A stretch of 63,422 bases of DNA, counting the filler, from Globobulimina sp. (lineage: Eukaryota), in the NCBI GenBank assembly GCA_003354225.1. It is 21 parts of 21 records of this genome, joined end to end, with 100 filler letters (N's around TTAATTAATTAA, not from the genome) between each part and the next. Parts side by side here need not be neighbours in the genome. Positions count along the whole stretch, not along the records: positions 33,284 to 36,208 come from PIVH01004344.1; positions 36,309 to 39,233 come from PIVH01004345.1; positions 39,334 to 42,257 come from PIVH01004346.1; positions 42,358 to 45,281 come from PIVH01004347.1; positions 45,382 to 48,305 come from PIVH01004348.1; 16 more parts are not named here. One strand, 5' to 3'. Each line of letters starts with the position of its first letter. Within the stretch, counting starts at the first letter, position 1. The notes under the pieces are model-generated. The model was given only the letters and a program-made list of their open reading frames with translations, searched no databases and was not told the origin of the DNA. A program made the translations under genes and the position numbers. This document shows, piece by piece, positions 34,314 through 47,248 of this stretch.

Positions 34314-36208
34314 ATGTCGCAGCAAAAACATGTCGACGCCCAAATAAACATTCAACTGTGGACACGTTGGTTAAAATTATCACGAAACAATAGAAAATGT
34401 CTATGGGACACTCATTCAAAAGAATACGTGGACAAAGCCAATTTGCTAAACAAATACGTGGACCATCCAGAAAAATACGGAGGAAAATTTAGGCGATTAG
34501 AACAAACGCTACCAAACGATGCAAAGTATTGTAAATTCGCACAGTCAGTCCGCTCCATTGTAAATTTATTACCAACGCTTTTCGTGGACCAATTTAACGT
34601 TAATAAACCACCAAGAATACGCACAGCAGTATCATTAATGCGGCATGATATGAGATTCTCTTTCAATCCATATCAATTGCAACATCAACCATATCCAAAT
34701 ATATTATATCCACATAGCGGAATGTACCCATCATGTCCACATATTACATATCCAAATATATTATATCCACAGTTTACCTATTTTTATAGCAATCCGGCCA
34801 ACAACAATCCGGCCAACAACAATTCGGCCAATACAAATTCCAACAATTCCAATAATTCCAACAACAATCCGGCCAACAACAATCCGGCCAACAACAATTC
34901 GGCCAATACAAATTCCAACAATTCCAACAACAATCCGACATTAACAGTCGATAACACCCAAATAAATATGCATGTAGAGTATGATGCGAATATCGCATTG
35001 GATTATGATGAAAATATTGGTTGTAATGAGGAAGACATGGATATATCGGATGAAAATAATCAAAATATTGATATAACCCAACCGAATAACGATGACAGTA
35101 ACCATGAGTTGACAGTGTCGGAAGTCATGGAAAAACATACGCTCTTCAACCGATCAAGGCAAATCATTTTGGTACATCAAGCATCGAAAGATAAAATATT
35201 ATTATCCTCGCGCATAGTGTCAACAAGCGAGTCTGTCGGGGATATGAGTGGCTTATTATTTGTAAATGAATCGTTGGAAGCACTACAACCACAATGTAAC
35301 GACGATGAATTAAAAGAATTTGATAATAATGAGGATGAATGTTATATTTGCCATAAGGTGGGAACATTAATGGAATGTGACGCTTGTACTAAATGTCTCT
35401 GTGTAAAATGTGTTGAAACCGAAAATGTTGTATTTAGCAGTGATGAACAGCAACGTTGGTTCTGTCCGGATTGTTTGTCGCTCGAGAATCCCGACGTAAT
35501 TAAATCGTATCCAATCAATCTCCAAGTGACGATGGCACATATCAAATATAACAATACAAAACCAGGCGACACAGATGGTGGTAAACGAGATCGGTGTATA
35601 ACGTGTAAAAGAAAGATGAAAAAATGGCAAGCTCGCGGATGCACTAACACAATGTGCCGTTCTTATGATGGGCGAATCGTATTAAATCAATGTGCAGAGC
35701 ATCTTCTACAAATCGACGGATGGGACGTATGCCATATATGTGGATTTATATGGTGGATGAAACGGGATGGTTTTGTTTTGGCTTCCGGGAACACGTTCGA
35801 AGATGAATTAATTACAGAACGCACACCCGTCCCATCTGCGAAAAAAGGTAATTGGAAATGTAGAGAAATTATTAAAATCAATGAAAAACTATATTTCTTT
35901 TTGGTGTTCGTCAATATCGAAAAATATACCAAGCATTATTATTTTTTGGGATTTGATCAATTATTATCGAAAAATGCTTCATTTATATTGGTTGCCATTA
36001 ATGAGTTCGTTTCAAATTATCCCAGCTTACCGGATCAAGGGAAATTAAATGCACAGTCAGCTACTATCCGAATTAAAGGGTGCAACGAACCTGTCACTGT
36101 TCATTTAAAACAGAGATATAATGGTTCATATCTCCGAGCACTTCATATCGAAAATATCGCGAATTACGTGCCAGAACAAAGAAAAAGAATCAACAGAATA
36201 TTTTTTAA
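34314..36208 (+). CDS. PHD finger protein with Asn-rich repeat and a second Cys cluster (3'-partial)
   Basis: NEDECYICHKVGTLMECDACTKCLCVKC...WFCPDC (ADD/PHD-like). Confidence 0.75.
34791..34936 (+). repeat. Coding tandem duplication (~75-nt unit) encoding NPANNNPANNNSANTNSNNS
   Basis: Two near-identical nucleotide copies. Confidence 0.9.
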
Positions 36209-36428
36209 NNNNNNNNNNNNNNNNNNNNNNNNNNNNNNNNNNNNNNNNNNNNTTAATTAATTAANNNNNNNNNNNNNNNNNNNNNNNNNNNNNNNNNNNN
36301 NNNNNNNNTTATGTAAAATTATAAATGTACAAATCGCACTCACACAAAATCATAATCTTTTTTAACCCAATATGTCGCCGTGAAATCATTACGATCATAT
36401 TTGGTTATTTTAACAATACAATTTGGTG

Positions 36429-37427
36429 CTAAATATTCATTTCTTTTACTGTCATTCCTTGATTTTGATATTTGTTTAAATTTCTTTTTTGAATATTCCC
36501 TTTTTGGATATTTTGCCAATCTCCAATAGTAACATATGAATATTTATATTTTGAATATTTGTCTGACTTTGAATATTTATTATGTTTGTAGTCGCAGGAT
36601 TTCTTAATTTTCTTTGATTTAATCAGATCTTTGGATCGTTTATTTTTGTAATCATAATCATATTTATTTACCAAACACCCACCATCTTCAAATGAACTCC
36701 ATGGTGAACTCCATCCGCGTATATCTTCAAAATCATCACAAATATTGTCAGACATTGAGTTTCTGTCTGATATCAATTCTGTAAGCTTAGGACCATCACA
36801 ATCGGACCGATTGTGATCAATATCTGTATCATATTCTGTATCACAATCAGAATCATTGTGATATTCAACAATTTTCATGTCTTGCAACCACTTTCTTACA
36901 GTACCCAATTTTATGCATGGTTGACCCCTATATTTTGGTGTAAATATATTATATAAATATTTTTTAGGAGTAATATAATTCTTGAAATGGTCCATATTAT
37001 CATAATATTTGAATATTAAATCATTTAAAACTGCTGGGAATTGATAACAAGAATGTTTTCTGATGATTCCATTGGTTAATGATCTCAAAATGTTTTGCTT
37101 TTTATACTTTAATTTCATATAAAAAATACCATCAAACGTAAGTTTATCCTTTTTTGATCTAATTGGATAAACACAATATGTTTTCTTATATTCTGGTATA
37201 TTCAATGGATACCGTAATGGCTCAAATATTCTTGTCTTTCTTCGTGGCTTTTTTGATGATAGATCACGAACAGTGACGTGAATGTGGATAAATTGTAAAT
37301 ATTGCGATTCGTCGCAGTCAATTTTAATGAATGTTTTATGTTTTATATTGTTTGCTGGATCAAGATAATGAAATTCAATATTTTTCTTTTCAATATCCAC
37401 ATTGGGTTTGTTTGTTGTATGCTTCAT
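36429..37427 (-). CDS. Hypothetical protein
   Basis: 332-aa ATG ORF; contains GIIR...FPAVLNDLIFKYY motif. Confidence 0.6.
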   Translation of the reverse strand: MKHTTNKPNVDIEKKNIEFHYLDPANNIKHKTFIKIDCDESQYLQFIHIHVTVRDLSSKKPRRKTRIFEPLRYPLNIPEYKKTYCVYPIRSKKDKLTFDGIFYMKLKYKKQNILRSLTNGIIRKHSCYQFPAVLNDLIFKYYDNMDHFKNYITPKKYLYNIFTPKYRGQPCIKLGTVRKWLQDMKIVEYHNDSDCDTEYDTDIDHNRSDCDGPKLTELISDRNSMSDNICDDFEDIRGWSSPWSSFEDGGCLVNKYDYDYKNKRSKDLIKSKKIKKSCDYKHNKYSKSDKYSKYKYSYVTIGDWQNIQKGNIQKRNLNKYQNQGMTVKEMNI

Positions 37428-37528
37428 AAACTGGAGAAAGATGGTGCCTGAATGCAGGAAATATTAATGTTGAACACAGTCATATATAAAACCTTCTTAA
37501 CAATCCTTGCACATTTCAGATTTTTTAG

Positions 37529-38158
37529 TCAGTCTTCGAGAAAATCAAGTATTTTGCAAGTTTCTTTTTCTGTTTCCCACATTTGTGTTTCGAGTTCTTT
37601 TGTTGATTTGTTTTTATTATTGTTTGGCTGCTTGGTTAAAATTTCGATATTTTGTAATGAATGTTTCTGTTTCTCTCGCCATTCCCGTTCAAAATCATTT
37701 TGTTTAAGGACATTGCGATCATCATCACTTAAATCAATATCATCATCATCATGTTTGGTTCCTTTGTATCCTCTGTGAACACCAATTGTTGATAAAAGTT
37801 CATCGTTTTTACATCTCCATAATTTTTGAGAGAAAAACTTTTGTAAAAACGTATCTTGTTCGCTATCATTTAATTGTTTAATCCATGGGTATTCATTATC
37901 ATTTACATCGCTATCTTGGGTGTTTTCTTTGTGTTCAACGAAATTATGATTAGGATCATAGATCGAGGAGTCATCATTTCGTAGAGCATGTAAACCAGTT
38001 TGAATATCATAATCTAGTTTTGATGTTAATAAATAACCATCATCATCCTCACATTCCTCCTCTCCATCTGATTCATTAGGTACTTGAGCTAATTTGCGCT
38101 TTTTGGAAACAGGCTCGTTCATAGATGGTGCTTTGGACAGTCTTCTTTTATTGGACAT
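37529..38158 (-). CDS. Short KRI1-like protein
   Basis: ALRNDDSSIYDPNHNF, DTFLQKFFSQKLW and NDFEREW resemble the three conserved Kri1 blocks; much shorter than canonical Kri1. Confidence 0.55.
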   Translation of the reverse strand: MSNKRRLSKAPSMNEPVSKKRKLAQVPNESDGEEECEDDDGYLLTSKLDYDIQTGLHALRNDDSSIYDPNHNFVEHKENTQDSDVNDNEYPWIKQLNDSEQDTFLQKFFSQKLWRCKNDELLSTIGVHRGYKGTKHDDDDIDLSDDDRNVLKQNDFEREWREKQKHSLQNIEILTKQPNNNKNKSTKELETQMWETEKETCKILDFLED

Positions 38159-38261
38159 GATAATTGACAGCGAGCTCACTTCAAAAAAACAATTTTGCGA
38201 ACGAAAGATTTAAAAAACTTTTTTTCAAAGCATCCTGTCTTTCATCGATATCTATTCAACG

Positions 38262-39233
38262 ATGATGCTCAGGAAATCAAAATTGCACAAACAACAAACT
38301 AAACGCAACAAGCGTTGCGGGTCTCTATCCCAATTATGTGTTATTTTATTATTCCTTCTGGTGGTATTTTATGTGACCGTCGCATCCTATCTAATCCCAT
38401 CATCTTCAAACTATAAGCACAGATTCGATGATGATGACATTGATCATAGCTTTATTCGCTTAGTGCCAGTCGCACCCAAAATAGATTCATATAAAATCCC
38501 AACTCCACCACAAAACAAATATGAAGACAAAAAATACGCCCCACCTCTCACAAAAACACATAGCAACAATATTATTAATAATAGCCTCCCACAAAACGAC
38601 TACAGTGATTTGAACAAAATTGAAGCTGACTACAGAGCCAAATGTCCGGAGAAATTCCCAAAGAAAATCCCAGAAATAAATGAATTGCGATACATCTGTT
38701 CCAATTTGGAAAGTTTTGATGTTCGATATCATGCTTCCTGTTCCATTGAAACCTGCGCTAAATGCATCCCTCCGACACACACTCGAATGCATACTGAAAA
38801 TGAGCAAACTGCGACGTATCAAAAACAGTTTGAGTCAGAGATGGAAAGTCGGCGTTCGACTATAAAGTCAATGATTGGTCACCTTAAGCCCGGCATGGAT
38901 GGACCGATAGTTTTAATGGTGTTTAACTATGGCTATGCCTGGTTATTCTACAATTTTTTATGCAGCTTAGAATATAACGACATTTCCATCCGTAATCGAA
39001 GCATCATTGTGACCACTGATCGCGAGTCAGAATCATTGGTCAAAGAGACTGGTTTCAACGCTTTTTATCCTCTGTGGTTAGGGGACTCGCTCTTAAATCG
39101 CATCACAAGCAAAGCAGCCGCCTCCTTTGCGTTAGGTGGACATAAATATATTGTTTCCATTCAGATTGCTTTGATGAACGATTTGGTCCACATGGGATAT
39201 GATGTGGTGATGCAGGACATTGATATGATTTGG
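38262..39233 (+). CDS. Type II membrane nucleotide-diphospho-sugar transferase (GT77-like), 3'-partial
   Basis: N-terminal TM anchor; FNYGY...NFLCS; LVHMGYDVVMQDIDMIW (DxD). Confidence 0.85.
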
Positions 39234-39333
39234 NNNNNNNNNNNNNNNNNNNNNNNNNNNNNNNNNNNNNNNNNNNNTTAATTAATTAANNNNNNNNNNN
39301 NNNNNNNNNNNNNNNNNNNNNNNNNNNNNNNNN

Positions 39334-42257
39334 AGATTTACATATAGCATCTGATAAATTATTATTGCATCATCACAATTATATAATTAATTGTGTAGCT
39401 AATAATGCTTCAAAATATTGTATCTCTGATCATTATATAATTTTTACTATTTTTGATACACATAAACCGAACCAATCAGCAACTTCACGTATTAAAAATG
39501 ATATATTTATTGCAAATAATGTAAATTACCGCTTTAAATCACCAAAACATTTAAATTTGTATAAAATAAATACGATATATGCACTTCAACAATTACAACA
39601 TCATATAAATGCTCTCCAAAAGACTGTAAAATCAGAAATTGATAATAAATTAAAATCCGAAATTGATGATATCGCACATCAATTTTATTGCATTATACAT
39701 AAAAACGCTGCAAAATATATTGGTACCATAAATAAACACAGATATAAATATCGCCAAATATGGTGTACTGATAAAATCATTGATCTTGGTAACAAATTGA
39801 AAGTATTAAAACGTGATTGGTTGACATGTTTGAATCTGGATCTCAAGCAATCTAAATTTGATCTGTATAAACGCCAAAAAAACATATTAAAACATCTATG
39901 TACAAAAGCAAAAGAGAATAAATTACGGAAAAATGTAGATTTAACAGTAGCAGGCAACCGTGATATATATGCTTCGATGCGTTATTTACGAAAAATTGGT
40001 AAAAGTGGCTCGCGTAAACATAATGTACCATACCTCATACATAAGGAAACTCTGAATAAAACCCATAAAATTATACATAATGATCACATCAAAGCTAATC
40101 TGTTTGCAAATAAATTCTGTCATCGAAAGATAAATGATATCAAATATAACAGTTTGGACCGCTTGAAATTCAAAACAATTCCATTAAATGATGATATTTA
40201 TCCATGTACCTCAATTATGCAAAATATATCAAATGATATTTTATATGCAAACCAAGTCCGAAATCCCCGCTTAATTCAACATGACAATCATTATCGCAAT
40301 GCACGATATACTTTAAATAGCCCAATAAATGCACATTTATTGCAATATATATTTAAAATCGTTAATAAAAAATGTAATCATGGGATCGGAATACATATCC
40401 AATTGCTATTGTTTCTCGATCCGTATATTATTAATTTTATGGTTACTTATTTAAATTTGTTTTATAATACAGGATATTTTCCACGTATACACAAAATAAC
40501 ATATATCACTGCGATACCAAAACCAAAACGAGACCCACATTTTGTTAATAATTACCGTGAAATTTCTCTTAATGGATGCATTAAAAAGATATATGAACTA
40601 TGCTTATTACATAAAGGAATTGAATTTGTAGTGGTTTGTGATTCCATCCATCCAAATAATACAACCAATATGAAGGGAAAATCAACGCGCGACATAGTAG
40701 CATTGCTAATAAATGATGTTTATACGGGATGGAATCAGCAAATTCCAACATATGCCATTTTCTCTGATATATCCCAAGATTTCCCATCAGTTTGCTATGA
40801 TATCCTCGTTCAAAGATTACATCGCTACTACGGATTCTCTATAAAATATGTACAAGTTATATATGATTTATTTATTAATTGTTGGTGCGCTGTGGTTGTA
40901 AATGGCGTTCGTTCCAAGTGGTTGTTACAACTCATTGGATTGGCACAGGGTCGGCCTTTGAGTCCATTCTTAAATATGTTATATTTAGATCCATTGTATT
41001 ATGCTATTCCCACACATTTGCCATTAAAATTGTACATATACGTCGATGATTTAGTGATATGGACCGTCCTTAAAGCTGTATTTATGTATGACATTGAGAT
41101 TGATTTACAATATGCGATTGATAATATTATCAATTGGCTCCGTATAAATGGCATGCAATTATCTGAAAACAAAACAAAATATATTATTTTTTATACAAAT
41201 CATATGAAAAAGCATCGTCATGTCTGTATACCCAAAATTACTATACATAATATTGTAAAAACAGAACCCGCGAAATATGTTAAATATGTCGGATATTATT
41301 TAACATATAACCTTTCCCCACATATTCACATGAACCATATCGTTAAACGGATATATTTGGATCTTAAAGATATCAAAAACGTTCGTTTTTACACTCAACA
41401 GTTTCGCACAAAAAAATTATTCCACTATTTATCATCGGTGATATTATCTAAAATCGAATATCCAGTGTTATTATTTGCATGTTCATCGACAAAAAAAGAT
41501 AGTAAATCATTGAAACAAATGTATTATCGTATAATTAAACTATTATTTAATGCTTTATATACGATACCATTGGATATTTTAATTATTCTCACTCCATTCC
41601 TGCACTATGAAAATTATATTCATATCAAATTAATAAAAAATTGGATAGGTTTATTATATTTGCATGATCGTAATATTTTATATAACCTCATTATTAATCA
41701 TTGGATGCCCAAATGGAATGATTATATGTTATCTTCTGTTAATATAAAAACACAAAAATCAAAATTGCGGTACATGAAGACTTAGATCGCCGCAATCCGT
41801 TATTTCGAATATTTCTATTTGCCAAACAATATAAAATTATGCATTATATAAATTATAATTGGCGCTTTGATATGAATATGAATGGCAGAAAAATGAAGTT
41901 TATCCCATCCTTTGTAACTAAATGCAAATATATCGAATTTGTACATGATTTATATACAGAAACAAATATATGCAATAATACACATAATACATTGTTTGCA
42001 TTTACAGATGGCTCTATATTTCAAAATTGTGCAGGGGTCGGTATGCTCATTGAAATCCATCAAATACATCATCATTTGAATAGAAATAAGTATAATGTCA
42101 ATAATGTAAGATATATTTATGATAAATATGGACAAAATCATTGCTCAGACACAAACATTGATGTTTACTCTGAAATACATACACATTTACAATATAATGT
42201 CATTTCAATACATCAAGATTTGCTATCCATTGGCTATGCATTTGATATTAATATTGT
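39334..42257 (+). mobile_element. Non-LTR retrotransposon pol: end of APE endonuclease, reverse transcriptase, RNase H; one frameshift near 41760-41785
   Basis: ISDH; IPKPKRD...NYREISL...KIYE; DISQDFPSV; GLAQGRPLSP; YVDD; KYVGY; AFTDGS in the next frame. Confidence 0.93.
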
Positions 42258-42357
42258 NNNNNNNNNNNNNNNNNNNNNNNNNNNNNNNNNNNNNNNNNNN
42301 NTTAATTAATTAANNNNNNNNNNNNNNNNNNNNNNNNNNNNNNNNNNNNNNNNNNNN

Positions 42358-45281
42358 TTATTCACCATAGTATTGCCAGTATTATGCTTCATAATATTTG
42401 CCAAATTTAAGCTAATACTTTGTGACGCACTGTGTTGATTTGCTGGTAACTCGTTATTATTTTGTTGCCATTGTAGACATTGATAGGTCAACAACCGCAA
42501 TGCCGCCCATTGTGCTTGAAAATAGATTTCCATTAATTTCTCATTTGGTTTTTTAATCTCATTCGACGGTAAAAATGAATACCTATTGGTGGCAAATACG
42601 GATAATCGATGTTTTATATTCCTTCCTCTCCGATAATTGTGACCATAATCACGCCTCGATCTTTTCGAGCGATGTCTGGATCCGCCACGGCCGCCACCTC
42701 TTATGCTCCGACCAAAATTACTAAATATCTGATGTTGCGGTGCTTGGTTGGTTAAAATCTGAAAATCGTGCTGTAATTGTTTCTGATAAATGGCATGAGC
42801 GTAGGCTTGTTGTTGTAAGTATGCATGTTCAGCGGCTAACGCCTGTTTGGCCTCCCAGGCTTCGATTGGATTAATATGGGATAATATACCACCATTAAAG
42901 GAGAAATCTAACAATTTAGTGTCATCTTCCTCAATGATATCAACATCTTGTTCTTCATCATCCTCATTATCATCTTCCTCCTCATCTTCTTCATCGTCAT
43001 CGTCATAATCATCGTAATCATCCTCCTCATTATGTTCGTATTGTTCTAATTCCGCAATTTCATTTTGCATTTGTTCAAAAGCTTCGGGGTTTTGAATCAT
43101 AAATTGTTCGAATTGCTGTTGTAATTCGACGGGATTAAATGAACCAAACTCAAAATCAAAATCTTGAGGGATGAAAAACGATAATGTTCCATCCTTAGAG
43201 GCTGAGTTTAATGATGGCGATATCAATGGTAATAATACATTATTTGATTGTTTATCTTCTTGTTTTGGAGCCTGTTTTTCCTCCCGTTTTGGTGGTTGTT
43301 TTTCTTCGAGTTTTGGTAGCTGTTTTTCCGGTGACTTTTCCGGTGACTTTTGCGGAATCGGTGGTGATTTTAATTGTAGTAGTCTTTCCGGCGATTTTTG
43401 AGGGGATTTACTCCGTATCGGTGATAATGGCAATGTTGGCAATATCATCTGCGTTTTCTTAATAAGTTTAAAAACAAATGAAATTAATTGTTGATTCTTT
43501 ATTAATTGAGCTTGATCGATGTCAAATGTCAATCCATAAATATCAGATAATAAAATAATTTTGGTTAACATGGAGGTATTATAATGTTTATTATTTATAA
43601 GCTTCAATGAAATTGCAATAAATTCTGATAACTTTAATTGCACCGATTTTTTAATTCGAATATCACAGCAACCCAAACCATCATAAATATTAAAGCATTT
43701 CGAGACCGATAATAATTTTTTGTTAAAGGAACGTGCAGAATTTCTCAATGATTCAGATAATACCCCAACTAAATTAATTCTGGCCACTTCAAACTTTGAG
43801 CTTTTTAACAATTGACTGAGATATTTCAATCCCATTTGCCGGTGTAAACCACGCAATTGTTGCGATCTCGCCGCAGTGATCAAATCATGATAATCCAAAT
43901 GTTGTTTAATTAATTCAATGATGGCTTGCAAAGGCGATATCTTCTTATTTATTTCAGGTGATTTATCTTGCCACGATTTCCATCGTTTATACGTTCCAAT
44001 CCAATTTCGTAAGCCTTGGACCCGTTTATTTAATCCAAATCCAATCTCCATCTCTTTCTTTCGCTTTTTTGATATTACATCATGACTTATTGACTTTGAT
44101 AAGACTGGTTTTGGCGGTGCTAATTCCTCCTCATTTATATCATCATCATTACCATCGCCATCCTCGTTGACTTGCTTATTATTGCCAGCCTCAACATGAT
44201 GTTTAAAGTCATCCACATCATCAAAAACCTCAATATCTTCGGCAATTACATCTTTGCCATATTTCAATTTTGATGACTCTTTGGATGCAAATAATAACTC
44301 GGCAGAATGGCACGATTTAAATAATAATAATTGTTTGCAAATCGATGTAATATAATCACATAAATCTACAGTTGGATTTTTTATTGGTAAACATGGCGGT
44401 GTTTGTACTGTTGATGCAGTGTCTTTTCTGTCTCTTTTATCTTTCTCTCTTTCTTTTCTCTTTTTACTTTGTTCATATTTCCACTGTGCTTTCGTATTTG
44501 TAATAATTTCATTATATTCTTTATTATACACTTCATACAATCTTTCAATGCACGGTAGAATATTATTTTCATCATATTTTATTCTGGTTAATGTGCATAA
44601 CGCATATAATGTGGCCTTATTTTCATTATATTCATTCTCAAATACAACATGCGGTATTTTTTTTAATAACATCGGCTCAAGTTCTTCTAACTCGTCTTTT
44701 GAATCATCCTTTGACTCATCCTCGTCGTCATTACCATCGTCCTCCTTTTTCTTTTCTTTTGCTGCATCTTCGCCGCCTTCAACCTTTTCATCGTCTTTTT
44801 TACCATCTTTTGGTCCTTCCGTATTTTCCATATTTCCATCAGTTTGCTCTGGTTGCTTTTCATCGTCATCTTCTTTTTTATTATCATCACTGTCAATAAA
44901 ATCTAAATTAGCTCTTTGGTGATCCGTCAAGGACTGTATATATGTATTGATTTTTGTGAGTACATCATCATTATTGAACCAATACCGCCAGTTTTTCGCC
45001 GTTTGATTCATAAAAGTCATCCAATCAATCAACGGTTTAATTTGTTGTTGGATCATTTTCAAGCCTTCTTTAAGAATATTTAAATCGGTTTGAACCAATG
45101 GTTTATTGTTATTATCGTCACAATATTGCCGCGCCATAGTCGCAATACCACCATGTTTCAACATCGCAGACTGAACCGCACGAATTGATTTTTCATAGGA
45201 ATCTTTTGCATTTCTCATTAATATGATTTCTTGAATTGCAGATTTTTGTGGTTTGATCCCAATAAATAATTCTTGCAATGC
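42358..45281 (-). CDS. Internal fragment of a very large protein with acidic and Pro-rich tracts (possibly giant HECT/HERC-type ligase)
   Basis: ORF open across the whole contig; AARSQQLRGLHRQMGLKYLSQLL loosely recalls HERC1/HECTD4 segments; no catalytic domain visible. Confidence 0.55.
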
Positions 45282-45577
45282 NNNNNNNNNNNNNNNNNNN
45301 NNNNNNNNNNNNNNNNNNNNNNNNNTTAATTAATTAANNNNNNNNNNNNNNNNNNNNNNNNNNNNNNNNNNNNNNNNNNNNGATGCTAGGAAATCTTCAA
45401 TATTTACAAAATTCGATGCAAGTGAAATTCCATTGTACGTAATATGGATAATATCTGCAAAATAGTATCTGTTGGTCAATATAGCCAGGGATAACATTAT
45501 TGCATGTTATTTATAACCTAAAAAAACATTTTTTTTTAACCATCCTTCCGAGTTTTACTTTAATTCGAAAAATACAA

Positions 45578-46954
45578 ATGAATAATTTATGCACATTTTC
45601 AAATTTGAAACAAAAATTATATTTTGATCAATTCGAGTCTTCATTGGTCGAATCTATCCAAACCCTGGCCACCACCAAACCAATTAGCAAAGCACCAAAA
45701 CAAAGTGAATATCGGTGGTATTACAAAGACAACGAAGATGAGTTCGAAATGTACGGCTTTGATGAAACAAACGAATTAGAAGAGAATTGGAAAAATTATC
45801 TTTCAGGCAACGGCGACCAAATCCAAGCCGCAACCACTGGATATTTTGCAAATTGTTATGACAAACATTGCATTGACTTTTCTCAATGTACGCAATATAA
45901 TGTTGACTGTAAAGAATCGCGGCAAATTATTCGTGCTGTTTCCAACCAGGAATTAAATAATAATTTCCTTCAAATTAACTGTACAAAAGCCATCAATGTA
46001 AAAAAAATGAGTTGTGTTGGTAGCACTTGTGTGAACAGCGAGAAAATGAATACTTTACAAACTGATTTATTCAAACAAGAGGCTCGCGGCGGAGATGCAG
46101 TGACTATTAATATCGCAGCTTTTGCAAATAACATTATATACAATACATTGTATGCGCAGTATAAAAATAATGATATTCCCATTGCAACATATATTATTAA
46201 TAAAAGTACGCATAAAAATGTAGATAATTTGTTGAATACTTTCATAAATTATCAACAAAATATGGATATCGTTAAATTATACGATGTACAATGTGAGCAA
46301 AACAAGAAAATCAAAGTAAATTCATCCATGATTTCGTATTTAATTTCGCAGCAAAAATGTAATTTTATTTTATATGACACAGATTTCCAATTATTAGCAG
46401 TTGGAAAATATAATGCTTCGTATATTTATAATCATAATAATGATAAGAATATCAATCCATATCGTTATCAATCATTTATTGAGTTTCATAATTTATTGAC
46501 TTCATTCTATCAGATTTCATTGAAGAGTGATGTTGAAATTGCGTCGGTGACATCTTGTTTTAATAAAAATATTCGCTCATTTTTAGCGTATGATGGTGAT
46601 AAAAAATGTGCGCTTTGGACTCCAGCCATTGATAATAAGCAAATATTTGCACAGATTGTATCAAATAAGATATTAATTAATGGTGAATATGATAATGATG
46701 AGGAGAGAGAGAGTGATTTTGATGATGGCTATGATTCAGCGATTGAATCGACAGAGATAGAGACAAAAAGTATGTGTGATACTTTAGAGTGTTCTGTTTG
46801 TTACGAAAATATAATTTTAAATGAATGTGATGTTAATTCCAATATTAATCATAAAGATTTGTGTCATTCATGTTTGAAACAATGGAAAGAAAGTGGCCAT
46901 GATACCTGTCCAAAATGTGGGGTGTCTCATGTTAATGCAACGCAGCGTCAATGA
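45578..46954 (+). CDS. WWE domain + C-terminal RING finger protein
   Basis: YRWYYKDNEDEFEMYG...ELEENW...IDFSQCTQYN...RQIIR; CSVC...HKDLCHSC...CPKC. Confidence 0.8.
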   Translation: MNNLCTFSNLKQKLYFDQFESSLVESIQTLATTKPISKAPKQSEYRWYYKDNEDEFEMYGFDETNELEENWKNYLSGNGDQIQAATTGYFANCYDKHCIDFSQCTQYNVDCKESRQIIRAVSNQELNNNFLQINCTKAINVKKMSCVGSTCVNSEKMNTLQTDLFKQEARGGDAVTINIAAFANNIIYNTLYAQYKNNDIPIATYIINKSTHKNVDNLLNTFINYQQNMDIVKLYDVQCEQNKKIKVNSSMISYLISQQKCNFILYDTDFQLLAVGKYNASYIYNHNNDKNINPYRYQSFIEFHNLLTSFYQISLKSDVEIASVTSCFNKNIRSFLAYDGDKKCALWTPAIDNKQIFAQIVSNKILINGEYDNDEERESDFDDGYDSAIESTEIETKSMCDTLECSVCYENIILNECDVNSNINHKDLCHSCLKQWKESGHDTCPKCGVSHVNATQRQ

Positions 46955-47248
46955 ACAAAAACTTGACTTGCAAGAAAAGAAAAGAATAAAATTCATGATA
47001 CAAATGAAAATGTGTTTGAATGCATGAGAGTTTACAAATGGCTCTGTGTGTCTTGTTTGTTGTTGTTAACGTATTGTCGAATTTTGTTTGTATTTTGAAT
47101 TGTATTTTTTTTAGAGCAATTTTTTCTGAAATCAAATGTTTCCAGCTATACTGAAACGTTTTTGTATACAAAGATTATATTGACACTCAATTATTTCCAA
47201 CATAATGTTTTTTACTATTAAACTATTAAAGATTATCATCCTTGTGTC

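Noticed and set aside
44419-44922. Ser/Phe- or Ile-rich antisense ORFs (also 27851-28276, 34774-34998, 60528-60935)
   Set aside because: Shadow frames of acidic or Asn-rich low-complexity coding sequence on the other strand
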